DNA of 50,798 nt, taken from the NCBI GenBank assembly GCA_964634895.1, contig CAZWJS010000002.1:1-50798 (forward strand), given 5' to 3'. Under the pieces are notes generated by a model that saw nothing but the letters and a program-made list of their open reading frames with translations, had not been told where the DNA came from and did not search any database. Positions 15,950-25,316 of the stretch are shown here, piece after piece. Every line of letters begins with the position of its first letter. The stretch's first letter is position 1. The stretch comes from an uncultured archaeon. Its GTDB lineage: Archaea > Thermoplasmatota > Poseidoniia > MGIII > CG-Epi1. Both the position numbers and the translations under genes were made by a program.

Positions 15950-18247
15950 GTGAGAAAACTCCAATACATAGCCTTGGCAATGATTTTGTGCCTTACAATG
16001 GTCAAACCTACTCCTACTGCTGAAGTTCCTGTAGAAGATTTTACACACATTGTATTTGCAGAAGAATTTACAGCTACATGGTGTGTCTATTGTCCAAGTG
16101 CTGCAGAAAATCTAATGAAAGTATATGAGGATGTACCTAATGAACCATATTATGAAGACCATTTTTTCTTTGTTGCCCTAATTACGGATGTTAATGATAA
16201 GGCCGATGATAGAATGGGTGATTATCCAGACGTGACTGGTTATCCTACAGTAGTCTTTGATGGAAATGATGAAAAAGTGTCTGGCGGTCAATCAGACACT
16301 TCAAATTATGAACAAGCTATAGATACAACTGGTCAAAGAGACGATACCGATATCTCACTTGACATACATATGGATCACCTAGGTGCAGACCAGCTTGATG
16401 TTACTGTCGGGATGACATGGAATGAAGATGCGCCTCTTGGTAACCCTACATTTAATGGATTTGTAAGAGCATATATTGTTGAGAAAATTTCAAGATATGA
16501 TAATTATGATGGGGATCCTTATCACTTTGGCTTCCTAGATTACGCATTTGAACAAAGCGTAGAATTGAGTCCTCATCAAGAACTTGTTCTAAATACTATC
16601 TGGACTGGGGGAGAGCATCAAGATTCCAATGGAAATGATTTCTCAGACATAGATTATGAAAATATAAATATCTTTGTGGCTTTTTTTAATGATGAATCAG
16701 CCTCATCAGATAAATATTCATTGCAAGCTGCATTTGCTATACCTCCTGAAATGGAAATTGAACCTTGGGATGGAGTTCAGGAAGGTATTATTAAACTACA
16801 AGGTTCAGCAATAAGTAAGAAATCAGAAATCAAAGAGTTATATTATCGTTGGAATGATGGTGAATGGGTAGATTCTGGTTTGCCAAATTTTAACGGAGAT
16901 TTTACACTAGATCTGGATACCTCGGATATTGACAATGGTCTGCAGCAATTATCTATTAAGTCTGTAGATAGGGGTGCAAGTAATATCAAAACAATTGGTG
17001 TTGAATTGTTGAATGATTCCGAAGCTCCAACAATTGATATAATCTCACATACTGATGGAGAAATTGTAAAAGAAATAGCAGTTCTTGAAGTAGTAGCTAT
17101 TGATAATAATCAGATTTCCGATGTCGAATTCAAACTTAATGATGGTAACTGGAGGAAAATGTATTACTCAAATGAGGACAATTACATTGCTAGTTGGAAT
17201 ACTCAAGAAACAAATGCAGGTAACGGCGACCATATTATTACATTCAGAGCAAGTGATTTGAGCTCAAATACAGTACAAACTTTTCTAAACTTGACCGTTT
17301 ACAATGAAGGCGACGTAACCTATCCTTATCTAGATATTGTAGAACCTAAAGAAGAGATATATAATTCTCGAGTTAAAATAATTGTAGAATCCGAGGATCC
17401 AGATGGGATTTACGAAATAGTATTCAAAGTAGATGAAGGGCCTTGGAAAGAATTGAAAGAGGATGAAAACAACCTTTTTGATGCATACTGGACACCAACC
17501 AATGATGGATGGCACTGGTTATATGTCCAATCCACAGATTCGCAGGGATATGCTACAAACCATAGTTCAAAGTTTGAAACTGATAGCACGCCTCCTCAAA
17601 TAATTCTTGATGCAGATAAAGACGTGTCAGCAATTGCTGAATTCATGATTAATATAAAAGATTATAGCAAACTACAATCTTTGAGATATAGAATTGGTTC
17701 TACCAATTGGATTGACTTAGATATATTAAATCCTAATAATATTATCATATGGGACTCTACTGATACAAAAGATGGGAAGTGTCTATTGGAAATTGAATGT
17801 ACTGATTCGCATGGTGCTTTCAATAAATTACACACTACCTTACACGTTAAAAATGAAGGATTGATCCACTCTTCCATTCCTGCTGAAATAGATGCTGGCC
17901 AAGTCACTAAAGTTAGTGCAGTTATAGATTACACAGAACCAAAAGCTGTAAACGTTGTCATTGCAAAATATATTGATGGTGTTTGCTCTGATGGCTTGAG
18001 AATACCTATGTATAAAGAAGGTGACTATTATTATAGCGATTTATATTTTGAAGAATCAGGTGTTTATCTTTATAGCATAGAAGTAGATACTGGACATGGT
18101 CGCCTTTCCTCAGCTGGAGAAAATATTATTGTAGGTGAAACACAAAAAATTATCACTGAAGAAAATGAAGATGAAAAATTAATATCACCCAGCATCTCAT
18201 TAATAATTCTATCTTTACTATTTGTTGCTAATAGAAGGCGGATTTAG
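15950..18247 (+). CDS. Anchored surface protein: N-terminal thioredoxin-like module (WCVYCP), Ig-like repeats and a C-terminal TM anchor
   Basis: 765 aa. Signal peptide (IALAMILCLTMVKPTPTA). CxxC motif at 16079-16096. Repeated Ig-like modules. C-terminal ISLIILSLLFVANRRRI anchor. Confidence 0.65.
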   Translation: MRKLQYIALAMILCLTMVKPTPTAEVPVEDFTHIVFAEEFTATWCVYCPSAAENLMKVYEDVPNEPYYEDHFFFVALITDVNDKADDRMGDYPDVTGYPTVVFDGNDEKVSGGQSDTSNYEQAIDTTGQRDDTDISLDIHMDHLGADQLDVTVGMTWNEDAPLGNPTFNGFVRAYIVEKISRYDNYDGDPYHFGFLDYAFEQSVELSPHQELVLNTIWTGGEHQDSNGNDFSDIDYENINIFVAFFNDESASSDKYSLQAAFAIPPEMEIEPWDGVQEGIIKLQGSAISKKSEIKELYYRWNDGEWVDSGLPNFNGDFTLDLDTSDIDNGLQQLSIKSVDRGASNIKTIGVELLNDSEAPTIDIISHTDGEIVKEIAVLEVVAIDNNQISDVEFKLNDGNWRKMYYSNEDNYIASWNTQETNAGNGDHIITFRASDLSSNTVQTFLNLTVYNEGDVTYPYLDIVEPKEEIYNSRVKIIVESEDPDGIYEIVFKVDEGPWKELKEDENNLFDAYWTPTNDGWHWLYVQSTDSQGYATNHSSKFETDSTPPQIILDADKDVSAIAEFMINIKDYSKLQSLRYRIGSTNWIDLDILNPNNIIIWDSTDTKDGKCLLEIECTDSHGAFNKLHTTLHVKNEGLIHSSIPAEIDAGQVTKVSAVIDYTEPKAVNVVIAKYIDGVCSDGLRIPMYKEGDYYYSDLYFEESGVYLYSIEVDTGHGRLSSAGENIIVGETQKIITEENEDEKLISPSISLIILSLLFVANRRRI

Positions 18248-19614
18248 CCTTTCAATATTTTAGATAAAGTAAGTGCCAGATCAGTTGGTAAAAATCCAGA
18301 TCCAACCTCTTGATAAGTTAATTCTCCTGCAAGCCCCATAGAATAAGCTGCCAAACGACCAGCCTCAAATGGCGTTAGGCCTTTGGCTAATAATGAACCG
18401 CAAAGACCTGCAAGAACATCACCAGTACCCCCAACTGCCATTCTAGCATGACCTGTTGAATTATACTTTATTTTATCACCATTAGTAATTACGTCGGTTT
18501 TTCCTTTTAACAAAACAGCTAATGAATGCTCCTTCGCAAAAGACATCAGATTTTTGTCATTACAATCTGAAATAAGCCTTTCAATTTCTCCAGTATGAGG
18601 TGTGACTAAAATATTTCCTGAGAAATCATACTTTTGAATTGCGTCTGCGTCTAACACAATATTATCAAAATGGTTAATCATCATCTGTATTGCTTCTATA
18701 GTTGAAGAATTCTGCCCAATCCCTGGACCTATAACATAAGAATCAAAATTAATACTCAATGATTTTATCTGATTTATACAAGTTTCATCAATTACATCTC
18801 CAGGACAACTATGAACTATCAATTCTGGAATAAAGCTGGAAACGGATTCGTAGGAAGATTCGGGAACAAAAACATGCACTAAATCTGCACCACCTCTATA
18901 GGAACCAAGACCAGCTAGAGCGGGAGCTCCCTGAAAAGGACCTCCTCCAACAATTGCAACTCTACCGTTTTGACCCTTGTGTTTTTCTGAATTCCATTTA
19001 GGATAAAGAAGTAGTTCCCCAGGTCCAGTTCTTTCATCTACTTCTTTTGGAATTCCAACATCTCTCAGTATTATTTCACCACAATTTCCTTTCTCCATCC
19101 CATTTTTTAAATCGTGGAAAGTGATTGTAGTATCTGGCTTTATTGTACAGTCACTCAAAAAACCAGAAGGAACATCTATTGCAAGCACATTGTCAAAACT
19201 GTTTATTGTATCAATCCATTTATCATAAGGAGGTCTAGGTTTACCTCTTATACCAGACCCCAAAAGACAATCAACAAGAAGCGTGGTGTTACTTTTCAGT
19301 TGTGATAAAAAAGAGATCTCTTTAACTATATTTTCCAATTTCTTAAAATAAGGGAGAGATATACTACTTGAAGGAGTTCCTGCAACTAAGATATTTACAT
19401 TGAAACCTGCATCAATAAGATTCAAACCACAAACAAAACCATCTCCGCCATTATTCCCTTTACCGCATACTATAGTAATAATATCATTAGAACTATAGTT
19501 TCCTTTTATGTATTCAGCCACCTCCTTTCCTGCATTTTCCATCAATTTAGATATACTTACGCCATAGCATTCAGCATTTTTATCCAACACTCCAAACTCG
19601 ACTAATTTTCTCAT
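18244..19614 (-). CDS. nnr: Bifunctional NAD(P)H-hydrate repair enzyme (epimerase plus ADP-dependent dehydratase)
   Basis: 456 aa. YjeF-N motif CGKGNNGGDG and C-terminal carbohydrate-kinase motif GGTGDVLAG. Confidence 0.9.
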   Translation of the reverse strand: MRKLVEFGVLDKNAECYGVSISKLMENAGKEVAEYIKGNYSSNDIITIVCGKGNNGGDGFVCGLNLIDAGFNVNILVAGTPSSSISLPYFKKLENIVKEISFLSQLKSNTTLLVDCLLGSGIRGKPRPPYDKWIDTINSFDNVLAIDVPSGFLSDCTIKPDTTITFHDLKNGMEKGNCGEIILRDVGIPKEVDERTGPGELLLYPKWNSEKHKGQNGRVAIVGGGPFQGAPALAGLGSYRGGADLVHVFVPESSYESVSSFIPELIVHSCPGDVIDETCINQIKSLSINFDSYVIGPGIGQNSSTIEAIQMMINHFDNIVLDADAIQKYDFSGNILVTPHTGEIERLISDCNDKNLMSFAKEHSLAVLLKGKTDVITNGDKIKYNSTGHARMAVGGTGDVLAGLCGSLLAKGLTPFEAGRLAAYSMGLAGELTYQEVGSGFLPTDLALTLSKILKG

Positions 19615-20534
19615 AATGTAAGTTGATAAAGGAACAAGGCAAAGAATCCAAAGAAGATAGCGCCTGACAAACGAGTCATTGGAACCCTGATCATCGCAAA
19701 GGTAGCTACAGTTATTATAATCAATAATGGCATGGTTGTAACTAAAATTAAATCATCGACAGCTATTGGTTTAACAATAGCTAAGACACCCATGACAAGA
19801 AAGATATTCGCTATATTTGAACCAATAACATTTCCTACTGCTATTTCTTTGTGGCCCTTCCTGGCTGCTGAAACAGTTCCAGCCAGTTCAGGCAAACTAG
19901 TTCCTATAGCCACTACACTTAAACCGATAACAACTTCGGATATGCCCATGAATGTTGCTATTTTTACAGCGGAACCAACCGTCAATTGGGCGCCAAAAAG
20001 TAATGCAATCAAACCTCCAAATAAAAAAGGATAAGAGGCACTACCCTTATTCTCTGAGTCAATATCTAGTTTTAATGATCTTTGGTACAACCATACCATA
20101 TATATTATGTACAAACCAAAGAACATCGCGCCTTCTGCAGATGATATATTTTTATCTTGTGCAAGAAAATAGAGCAATACTACTGCTAAAAGCATGACAT
20201 AACTATCACTGTTAGCATCTTTCTCAGGCACAATATTGGAATTAAGAATATAGAAGAAAATAAAACAGGAAGTGCCAAGAACAAGCCCAATATTAGAGAT
20301 ATTCGAACCAACAATATTACCTAATGCTAAATCATTGTAGCCTTGATAAGATGAAATCAAAGAAACTAGGAGTTCTGGCAAACTAGTCCCAAAGGCCACT
20401 ATAGTCACTCCCACTACATGTGGAGTTATTCCTTTGTCTTCTGCAATGGCTGCAGCATTATCTATGAAATAATCTGCACCTCTTGTTAATAACGTAAAAC
20501 CAATAACTAGCAGAATTACATCTAAAATAATCAT
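19611..20534 (-). CDS. Ca2+/cation antiporter (CaCA/YrbG family)
   Basis: 307 aa and polytopic. Two alpha-repeats, GTSLPELLVS and GTSLPELAGT. ATGA overlaps at both ends. Confidence 0.85.
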   Translation of the reverse strand: MIILDVILLVIGFTLLTRGADYFIDNAAAIAEDKGITPHVVGVTIVAFGTSLPELLVSLISSYQGYNDLALGNIVGSNISNIGLVLGTSCFIFFYILNSNIVPEKDANSDSYVMLLAVVLLYFLAQDKNISSAEGAMFFGLYIIYMVWLYQRSLKLDIDSENKGSASYPFLFGGLIALLFGAQLTVGSAVKIATFMGISEVVIGLSVVAIGTSLPELAGTVSAARKGHKEIAVGNVIGSNIANIFLVMGVLAIVKPIAVDDLILVTTMPLLIIITVATFAMIRVPMTRLSGAIFFGFFALFLYQLTL

Positions 20535-21850
20535 GACCGAATTGCCTCCATATTATCTATCCTTTTTTGAATTAAGGCTGCTTTAGCAATATCATGCCTA
20601 ACAAATAAATTTTTCCCAGATATTTTACTCAAACCTTTCTCACATAGCTCTTCAGTTACGGATAAACTTTCTCCATTTGATACAATACCTGCAGCCCTTG
20701 AACTGGTTGTAGATATAGTCCCATCATCTTCCAGATTCACAGCAGCATAATACAAATTCCCATAGTTTTCATAATCTTCGTCAATGACCAATGTTGCCTC
20801 AGTATTTGGATTAGAACCATAACCTTCCGGAACTATATATTTGCAAACCGATGCTTCTTTGCGAAAATTAGCTCCTTCTAAATTTCCTGAACCTATATCA
20901 AAACATATTTTAGCAAAATCAGAATCTAAAAGGCTAAGTAAGTTCATCGCCTCTGGATCTCCAAAACGGGCGTTATATTCTATTAGTTTTGTCCCGCTTT
21001 TAGTTGCCATAAAACCTCCATACAATATCCCCTTATAACCTACTCCAAATTCTTCTTTGAGGGAAATGACAACTCGTTCATTTATCTCTTGTGCATCTCT
21101 AATATCTTGATCTAATAAGAATGGTAATGAATGATTATAATCTGAATAACTGCCCATACCTCCTGTATTAGGTCCTAAATCTCCTTCATAGGCTCTTTTA
21201 TGATCTTGTACTGCAGGCATATGTACTAATTTATCTCCATCACAAAAACTCATCAAAGAAAACTCTTCGCCGAATATCTTTTCTTCAATTACAAAAGTAC
21301 CAGAATTAGAAATCAAATATTGACAATAAGCAAGGGCTTCTTCATGTGAATTAAGATGTTCACCAGAAACTTTGACTCCTTTGCCTCCCATCAAACCATC
21401 ATATTTCACCACAAAGTCTTCTGAGAGTGATTCTAAAAATTGCTTAACACCAGATAATGCACTAAATCTTTGATATTTGGGAGAACAATCAATACCATAT
21501 TTTGACAATAAATCTCTAGTGAAACCTTTACTCGTCTCTATCTGTGATAAGTCTTTGGTAGGCCCAACTACAGAAACTCCAGCTTTCAGAAACATGTCGG
21601 AAAAACCATGAGCTAAAGGATCTTCTGGGCCAATAACTACACATTCTATGTTACTACTCTTTGCAAAATCATCAATGACTTTCTTTGATAGATTAGAACT
21701 ATATTCTGGGACAAAAACCTTATTCTTTGATAACTTTAGAAGGCCTGGGTTACGATTCGTCAAAACTGAATAAAGGTTGCCCCCAGATTGAACAATCTTT
21801 TCAGCGATAATATGCTCTCGAGCACCGCTACCTATGACCAAGAAATTCAT
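20531..21850 (-). CDS. purD: Phosphoribosylamine-glycine ligase
   Basis: 439 aa. ATP-grasp layout with N-terminal MNFLVIGSGAREH, plus YNARFGDPE and RAAG motifs typical of PurD. Confidence 0.93.
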   Translation of the reverse strand: MNFLVIGSGAREHIIAEKIVQSGGNLYSVLTNRNPGLLKLSKNKVFVPEYSSNLSKKVIDDFAKSSNIECVVIGPEDPLAHGFSDMFLKAGVSVVGPTKDLSQIETSKGFTRDLLSKYGIDCSPKYQRFSALSGVKQFLESLSEDFVVKYDGLMGGKGVKVSGEHLNSHEEALAYCQYLISNSGTFVIEEKIFGEEFSLMSFCDGDKLVHMPAVQDHKRAYEGDLGPNTGGMGSYSDYNHSLPFLLDQDIRDAQEINERVVISLKEEFGVGYKGILYGGFMATKSGTKLIEYNARFGDPEAMNLLSLLDSDFAKICFDIGSGNLEGANFRKEASVCKYIVPEGYGSNPNTEATLVIDEDYENYGNLYYAAVNLEDDGTISTTSSRAAGIVSNGESLSVTEELCEKGLSKISGKNLFVRHDIAKAALIQKRIDNMEAIRS

Positions 21851-22377
21851 TAATTCACCAAGTCAGATATTCTTATTAAAGCTCTATAATCCAAATTAAA
21901 AGGTTCAATTTTCTCTGAAGCACCCTCTTCCCTATCAACAACCACCATAACTTGAATCACTTCTACACCTTCGTCAACTAAAGCCTTAATCGATTCTACG
22001 TTAGAACCTCCTGTAGTGGCTACATCATCAACTAAAACTGCCTTACCACTATTAGGCCCCTCAATCCTTGAGCCTGTACCATGCTCTCTCTCTCCCTTGC
22101 GAATCATCGAATAAGGTATACCTGTTTCTAATGAAAGCGCAACAGTTAAAGGAACTGCACCCAATTCCATACCTGCAATAAAATCCACATCATTGGAAAT
22201 ATGCTTTGCAAATTCTTTAGCAATACAAGACAAAATCTCTGGATCTGTAGAAGCTAATTTCATATCTACATAAAATTTAGATTTCTTACCAGATGTTAAA
22301 GTGAAATCACCAAATTTAACAGCCTGGCAATCTAATAATTTTTGCTTAAGAATATCTATTGAAGAAGAACCTTGCAT
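21850..22377 (-). CDS. pyrE: Orotate phosphoribosyltransferase
   Basis: 175 aa. PRPP-binding motif VLVDDVATTGGS. FKFGDFTLTSGK-type N-terminus. Confidence 0.9.
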   Translation of the reverse strand: MQGSSSIDILKQKLLDCQAVKFGDFTLTSGKKSKFYVDMKLASTDPEILSCIAKEFAKHISNDVDFIAGMELGAVPLTVALSLETGIPYSMIRKGEREHGTGSRIEGPNSGKAVLVDDVATTGGSNVESIKALVDEGVEVIQVMVVVDREEGASEKIEPFNLDYRALIRISDLVN

Positions 22378-22412
22378 GACACGGTATAGAATGCCTTAAA
22401 AAATTAGTATCC

Positions 22413-23453
22413 CTAATGAAATACCTTAATTGCAGAAGGCAATACCTTGATTTCTAATGGAGTTGTACCTAAATTTTCTCCATCAATATTTATCGAAGTA
22501 GGGTCTTCAGTCTCGATCCTTAATGTTTTAAATCTATAGAATTCTACATTGGGGTTCCAGACGTGTGAACCCTGAGCTTTCAACTGTTTAAACAATTTCA
22601 GAATCTTGAATCTTCCTATATGAAAAATAATACCTAAATCCATTTTTCCATCATCTATCTGCGCTTTAGGTGCTAATCTAAGCCTATCTCCACCAGTACA
22701 AGTATTCTGTATTAAGAGTAAAACAAAATCGGACTCAATAAGATGTCCATCTATGAAGCATTTAGCGTTTCTCACTTTTCCTCTTAATATACTAAGCAAA
22801 ACACCAATATCATACCTTAACGGACCAAGAAAACGCATCCTTTCTGCCAGAATATTTGAATCGACTCCTAAGCCCCAACCAACTAAATTATGAGAATAAC
22901 GCATGACTCTTTCACCTTCAAAATCAAATTTAGTCTCAGCTACATCAATTAATCTGACTCGCCCTTTAAGAATTCTTTCAGTTGCATCCATGTAATCTAC
23001 AATTTCCATATCATTAGCTTGACTATTACCAGTTCCTGCTGGCACCAAACCAAGTGGAATTAAGTCTGAACTACTATCGCTACGAGACATAAAACCAGAG
23101 ATAACTTCACAGAAAGTCCCATCACCTCCGACCGTAGCTATCGAATCGCCAGGTTCTAAGGTCAATTTCTGTGCAATAGAAATGGCATGATTTGGTTTAT
23201 CAGTAATATGTTTTTCAACAATAATTTTTGAATTATACAATTCCTTTTCAACAAATGAAGCAACTTCTAGACCTTTCTTTTTACCAGAATATGGATTAAT
23301 AATCAAATGAACTTTTCTAACTTTATATTCTTCTTTAAACTGTAAATTGGAAAAATGAGGTACTTTGTCAGGAGGAGGTAAGTAACTACGGCCAAAGAAA
23401 GTTTTTTCAGGTTCAGGCTTTTTGAATATTAATCTCTCTGGACCACTAGCCAT
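22413..23453 (-). CDS. DAGK-catalytic-domain lipid kinase (YegS/BmrU/sphingosine-kinase-like)
   Basis: 346 aa. Motifs INPYSGKKKG, VGGDGTFCEV and PAGTGN. Confidence 0.75.
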   Translation of the reverse strand: MASGPERLIFKKPEPEKTFFGRSYLPPPDKVPHFSNLQFKEEYKVRKVHLIINPYSGKKKGLEVASFVEKELYNSKIIVEKHITDKPNHAISIAQKLTLEPGDSIATVGGDGTFCEVISGFMSRSDSSSDLIPLGLVPAGTGNSQANDMEIVDYMDATERILKGRVRLIDVAETKFDFEGERVMRYSHNLVGWGLGVDSNILAERMRFLGPLRYDIGVLLSILRGKVRNAKCFIDGHLIESDFVLLLIQNTCTGGDRLRLAPKAQIDDGKMDLGIIFHIGRFKILKLFKQLKAQGSHVWNPNVEFYRFKTLRIETEDPTSINIDGENLGTTPLEIKVLPSAIKVFH

Positions 23454-23545
23454 ACAAAAGTAATGTATTAACCTTTATAAGCAAGCTTCTGTCGAGACAT
23501 ATAGGGAATGTGGCGAAAGCTGAACCCTAAAAGTGAGGAATCGCG

Positions 23546-24166
23546 ATGAGTAAATCATTATACAACTATGTTAGAGATCAGTGGAAATCACCCACTGGAG
23601 AATTAAAAGCTCTTCAAAAAGAAAGACTAGTTAGGTATAGAAGAGAAGACGCTAGTATCAAAATTAAAAGACCTACTAGAATTGATCGGGCTAGAGCATT
23701 GGGTTACAAGGCTAAACAAGGCTATGTATTAATAAGAACAAGAATTAGAAGAGGAGGTATGAAAAAACATGCAATTACCTCAGGTAGGCGTGCAAAACGT
23801 GCTGGTATCTCTAAAATAACAATGAGTAAGAATCTGCAAATGATTGCAGAGGAAAGAACTTGTAAAAAATATCCTAATTTAGAAACTTTAAATTCTTACT
23901 GGGTAGCTGAAGATGGAAGATACAAATGGTATGAAGTTATAATGGTAGATCCTAACCACCCCGTAATAATGGCTGATTCAAAAATTAACTGGATATGTAA
24001 TCGAGCTCACAAAGGCAGAGTTCATAGAGGATTAACATCTTCTGGTAAAAAATCTAGAGGATTAATGAGTAAAGGAAAAGGTGCGGAGAAAATCAGACCA
24101 AGTAAGAGAAAGCATAGTGTTAGAACTAAGCAAAGCAGGACACCACACCCTCCAAAGAAAACTTAA
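23546..24166 (+). CDS. rpl15e: Large-subunit ribosomal protein L15e
   Basis: 206 aa and very basic. The N-terminus [11 protein letters not shown] and the [13 protein letters not shown] block are characteristic of L15e. Confidence 0.95.
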   Translation: MSKSLYNYVRDQWKSPTGELKALQKERLVRYRREDASIKIKRPTRIDRARALGYKAKQGYVLIRTRIRRGGMKKHAITSGRRAKRAGISKITMSKNLQMIAEERTCKKYPNLETLNSYWVAEDGRYKWYEVIMVDPNHPVIMADSKINWICNRAHKGRVHRGLTSSGKKSRGLMSKGKGAEKIRPSKRKHSVRTKQSRTPHPPKKT

Positions 24167-25316
24167 GGAAGTTGATAAAATAACCTACAATCGTAAAAAT
24201 CCATTCATGGCCACTGTAGTGGATGCACACTGCATCTCAGAAGGTTCATACAAAGAAACAAACCATTATGCAGTGTCCATTAGAGGTAGTGGAATCAGGT
24301 ACAAACCTGGAGACTCTATGGGTTTTTATCCAACTAATGATGAGGATTTGGCAAAACACACAATAAGGGCTATTGGCGCAAAAAAGAACGTCCTTGTTGA
24401 AACTAAAGAAACTGGAAAGATTGAATTATTTGAGGCACTAATAAACAAATTTACTATTCATAGAGCTGGGAAAAAATTTCTCACTGCAGTAGTTTCAAAA
24501 ATGAAAAAAGGAAAAGATAAAGACAATTTGAAGGAAATACTAGAAGATCGTGACAAGACTGATAAATATTTGTTCACAAGAGATTGTATAGATATTCTAA
24601 ATGAACATCCTGTTCACTTTGAACCACAAGAATTCATAGATACTTTATCCCCTATAACTCCAAGATTGTATTCCATTAGTTCTTCACCTAAAGTACATCT
24701 TGGTGAAATACACTTAACTATTGCAATAGTGAAATACAATAATTATGAGAGAGATAGGCATGGTTTAGCAACAGGTCATTTAGCAAAAGAAGTTGAAGTA
24801 AATAAAACAAAGATTCCTATATATGTACAACCAACAAAAGAATTTATTCTTCCAAAAGATAAATCTAAAGATATTATTATGGTTGGACCTGGAACGGGTA
24901 TTGCACCATTTAGAGCTTTTATTGAACACCGAAAAGCTACTGAGGCAACAGGAAGAAATTGGTTATTTTTCGGCGAAGTAAACCAAGATTCTACTTTCTT
25001 TTACAACGATGAATGGGCTGAATACATGAAAGGTGGGGATTTAGACAAACTAACTACTGCATTTTCCAGAGATCAAGAAGATAAAATATACGTACAGCAT
25101 AGATTACTAAGTAATAGTAAGGAAATATGGGAATGGTTAGAGAGTGGGGCATATTTCTATGTTTGTGGTGACAAGCAATACATGGCTAAAGATGTTCACA
25201 AGGCTTTGATTACTATTGCAGAAAAAGAAGGTAAAATGAGCAAAAAAGATGCTGAAAACCACATTAATCAAACGTTAATGAAAGATGAACATAGATATCT
25301 CAGAGACGTCTACTGA
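24117..25316 (+). CDS. FNR-family FAD/NAD(P)H oxidoreductase (CysJ/CPR C-terminal-domain-like, no flavodoxin domain)
   Basis: Motifs RLYSISSSP (FAD), [14 protein letters not shown] (NADPH) and C-terminal RYLRDVY. The conserved N-terminal YNRKNPF precedes the first ATG (24207), so a GTG start at 24117 or 24081 inside the rpl15e 3' end is more likely. The start is uncertain. Confidence 0.75.
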   Translation: MLELSKAGHHTLQRKLKEVDKITYNRKNPFMATVVDAHCISEGSYKETNHYAVSIRGSGIRYKPGDSMGFYPTNDEDLAKHTIRAIGAKKNVLVETKETGKIELFEALINKFTIHRAGKKFLTAVVSKMKKGKDKDNLKEILEDRDKTDKYLFTRDCIDILNEHPVHFEPQEFIDTLSPITPRLYSISSSPKVHLGEIHLTIAIVKYNNYERDRHGLATGHLAKEVEVNKTKIPIYVQPTKEFILPKDKSKDIIMVGPGTGIAPFRAFIEHRKATEATGRNWLFFGEVNQDSTFFYNDEWAEYMKGGDLDKLTTAFSRDQEDKIYVQHRLLSNSKEIWEWLESGAYFYVCGDKQYMAKDVHKALITIAEKEGKMSKKDAENHINQTLMKDEHRYLRDVY

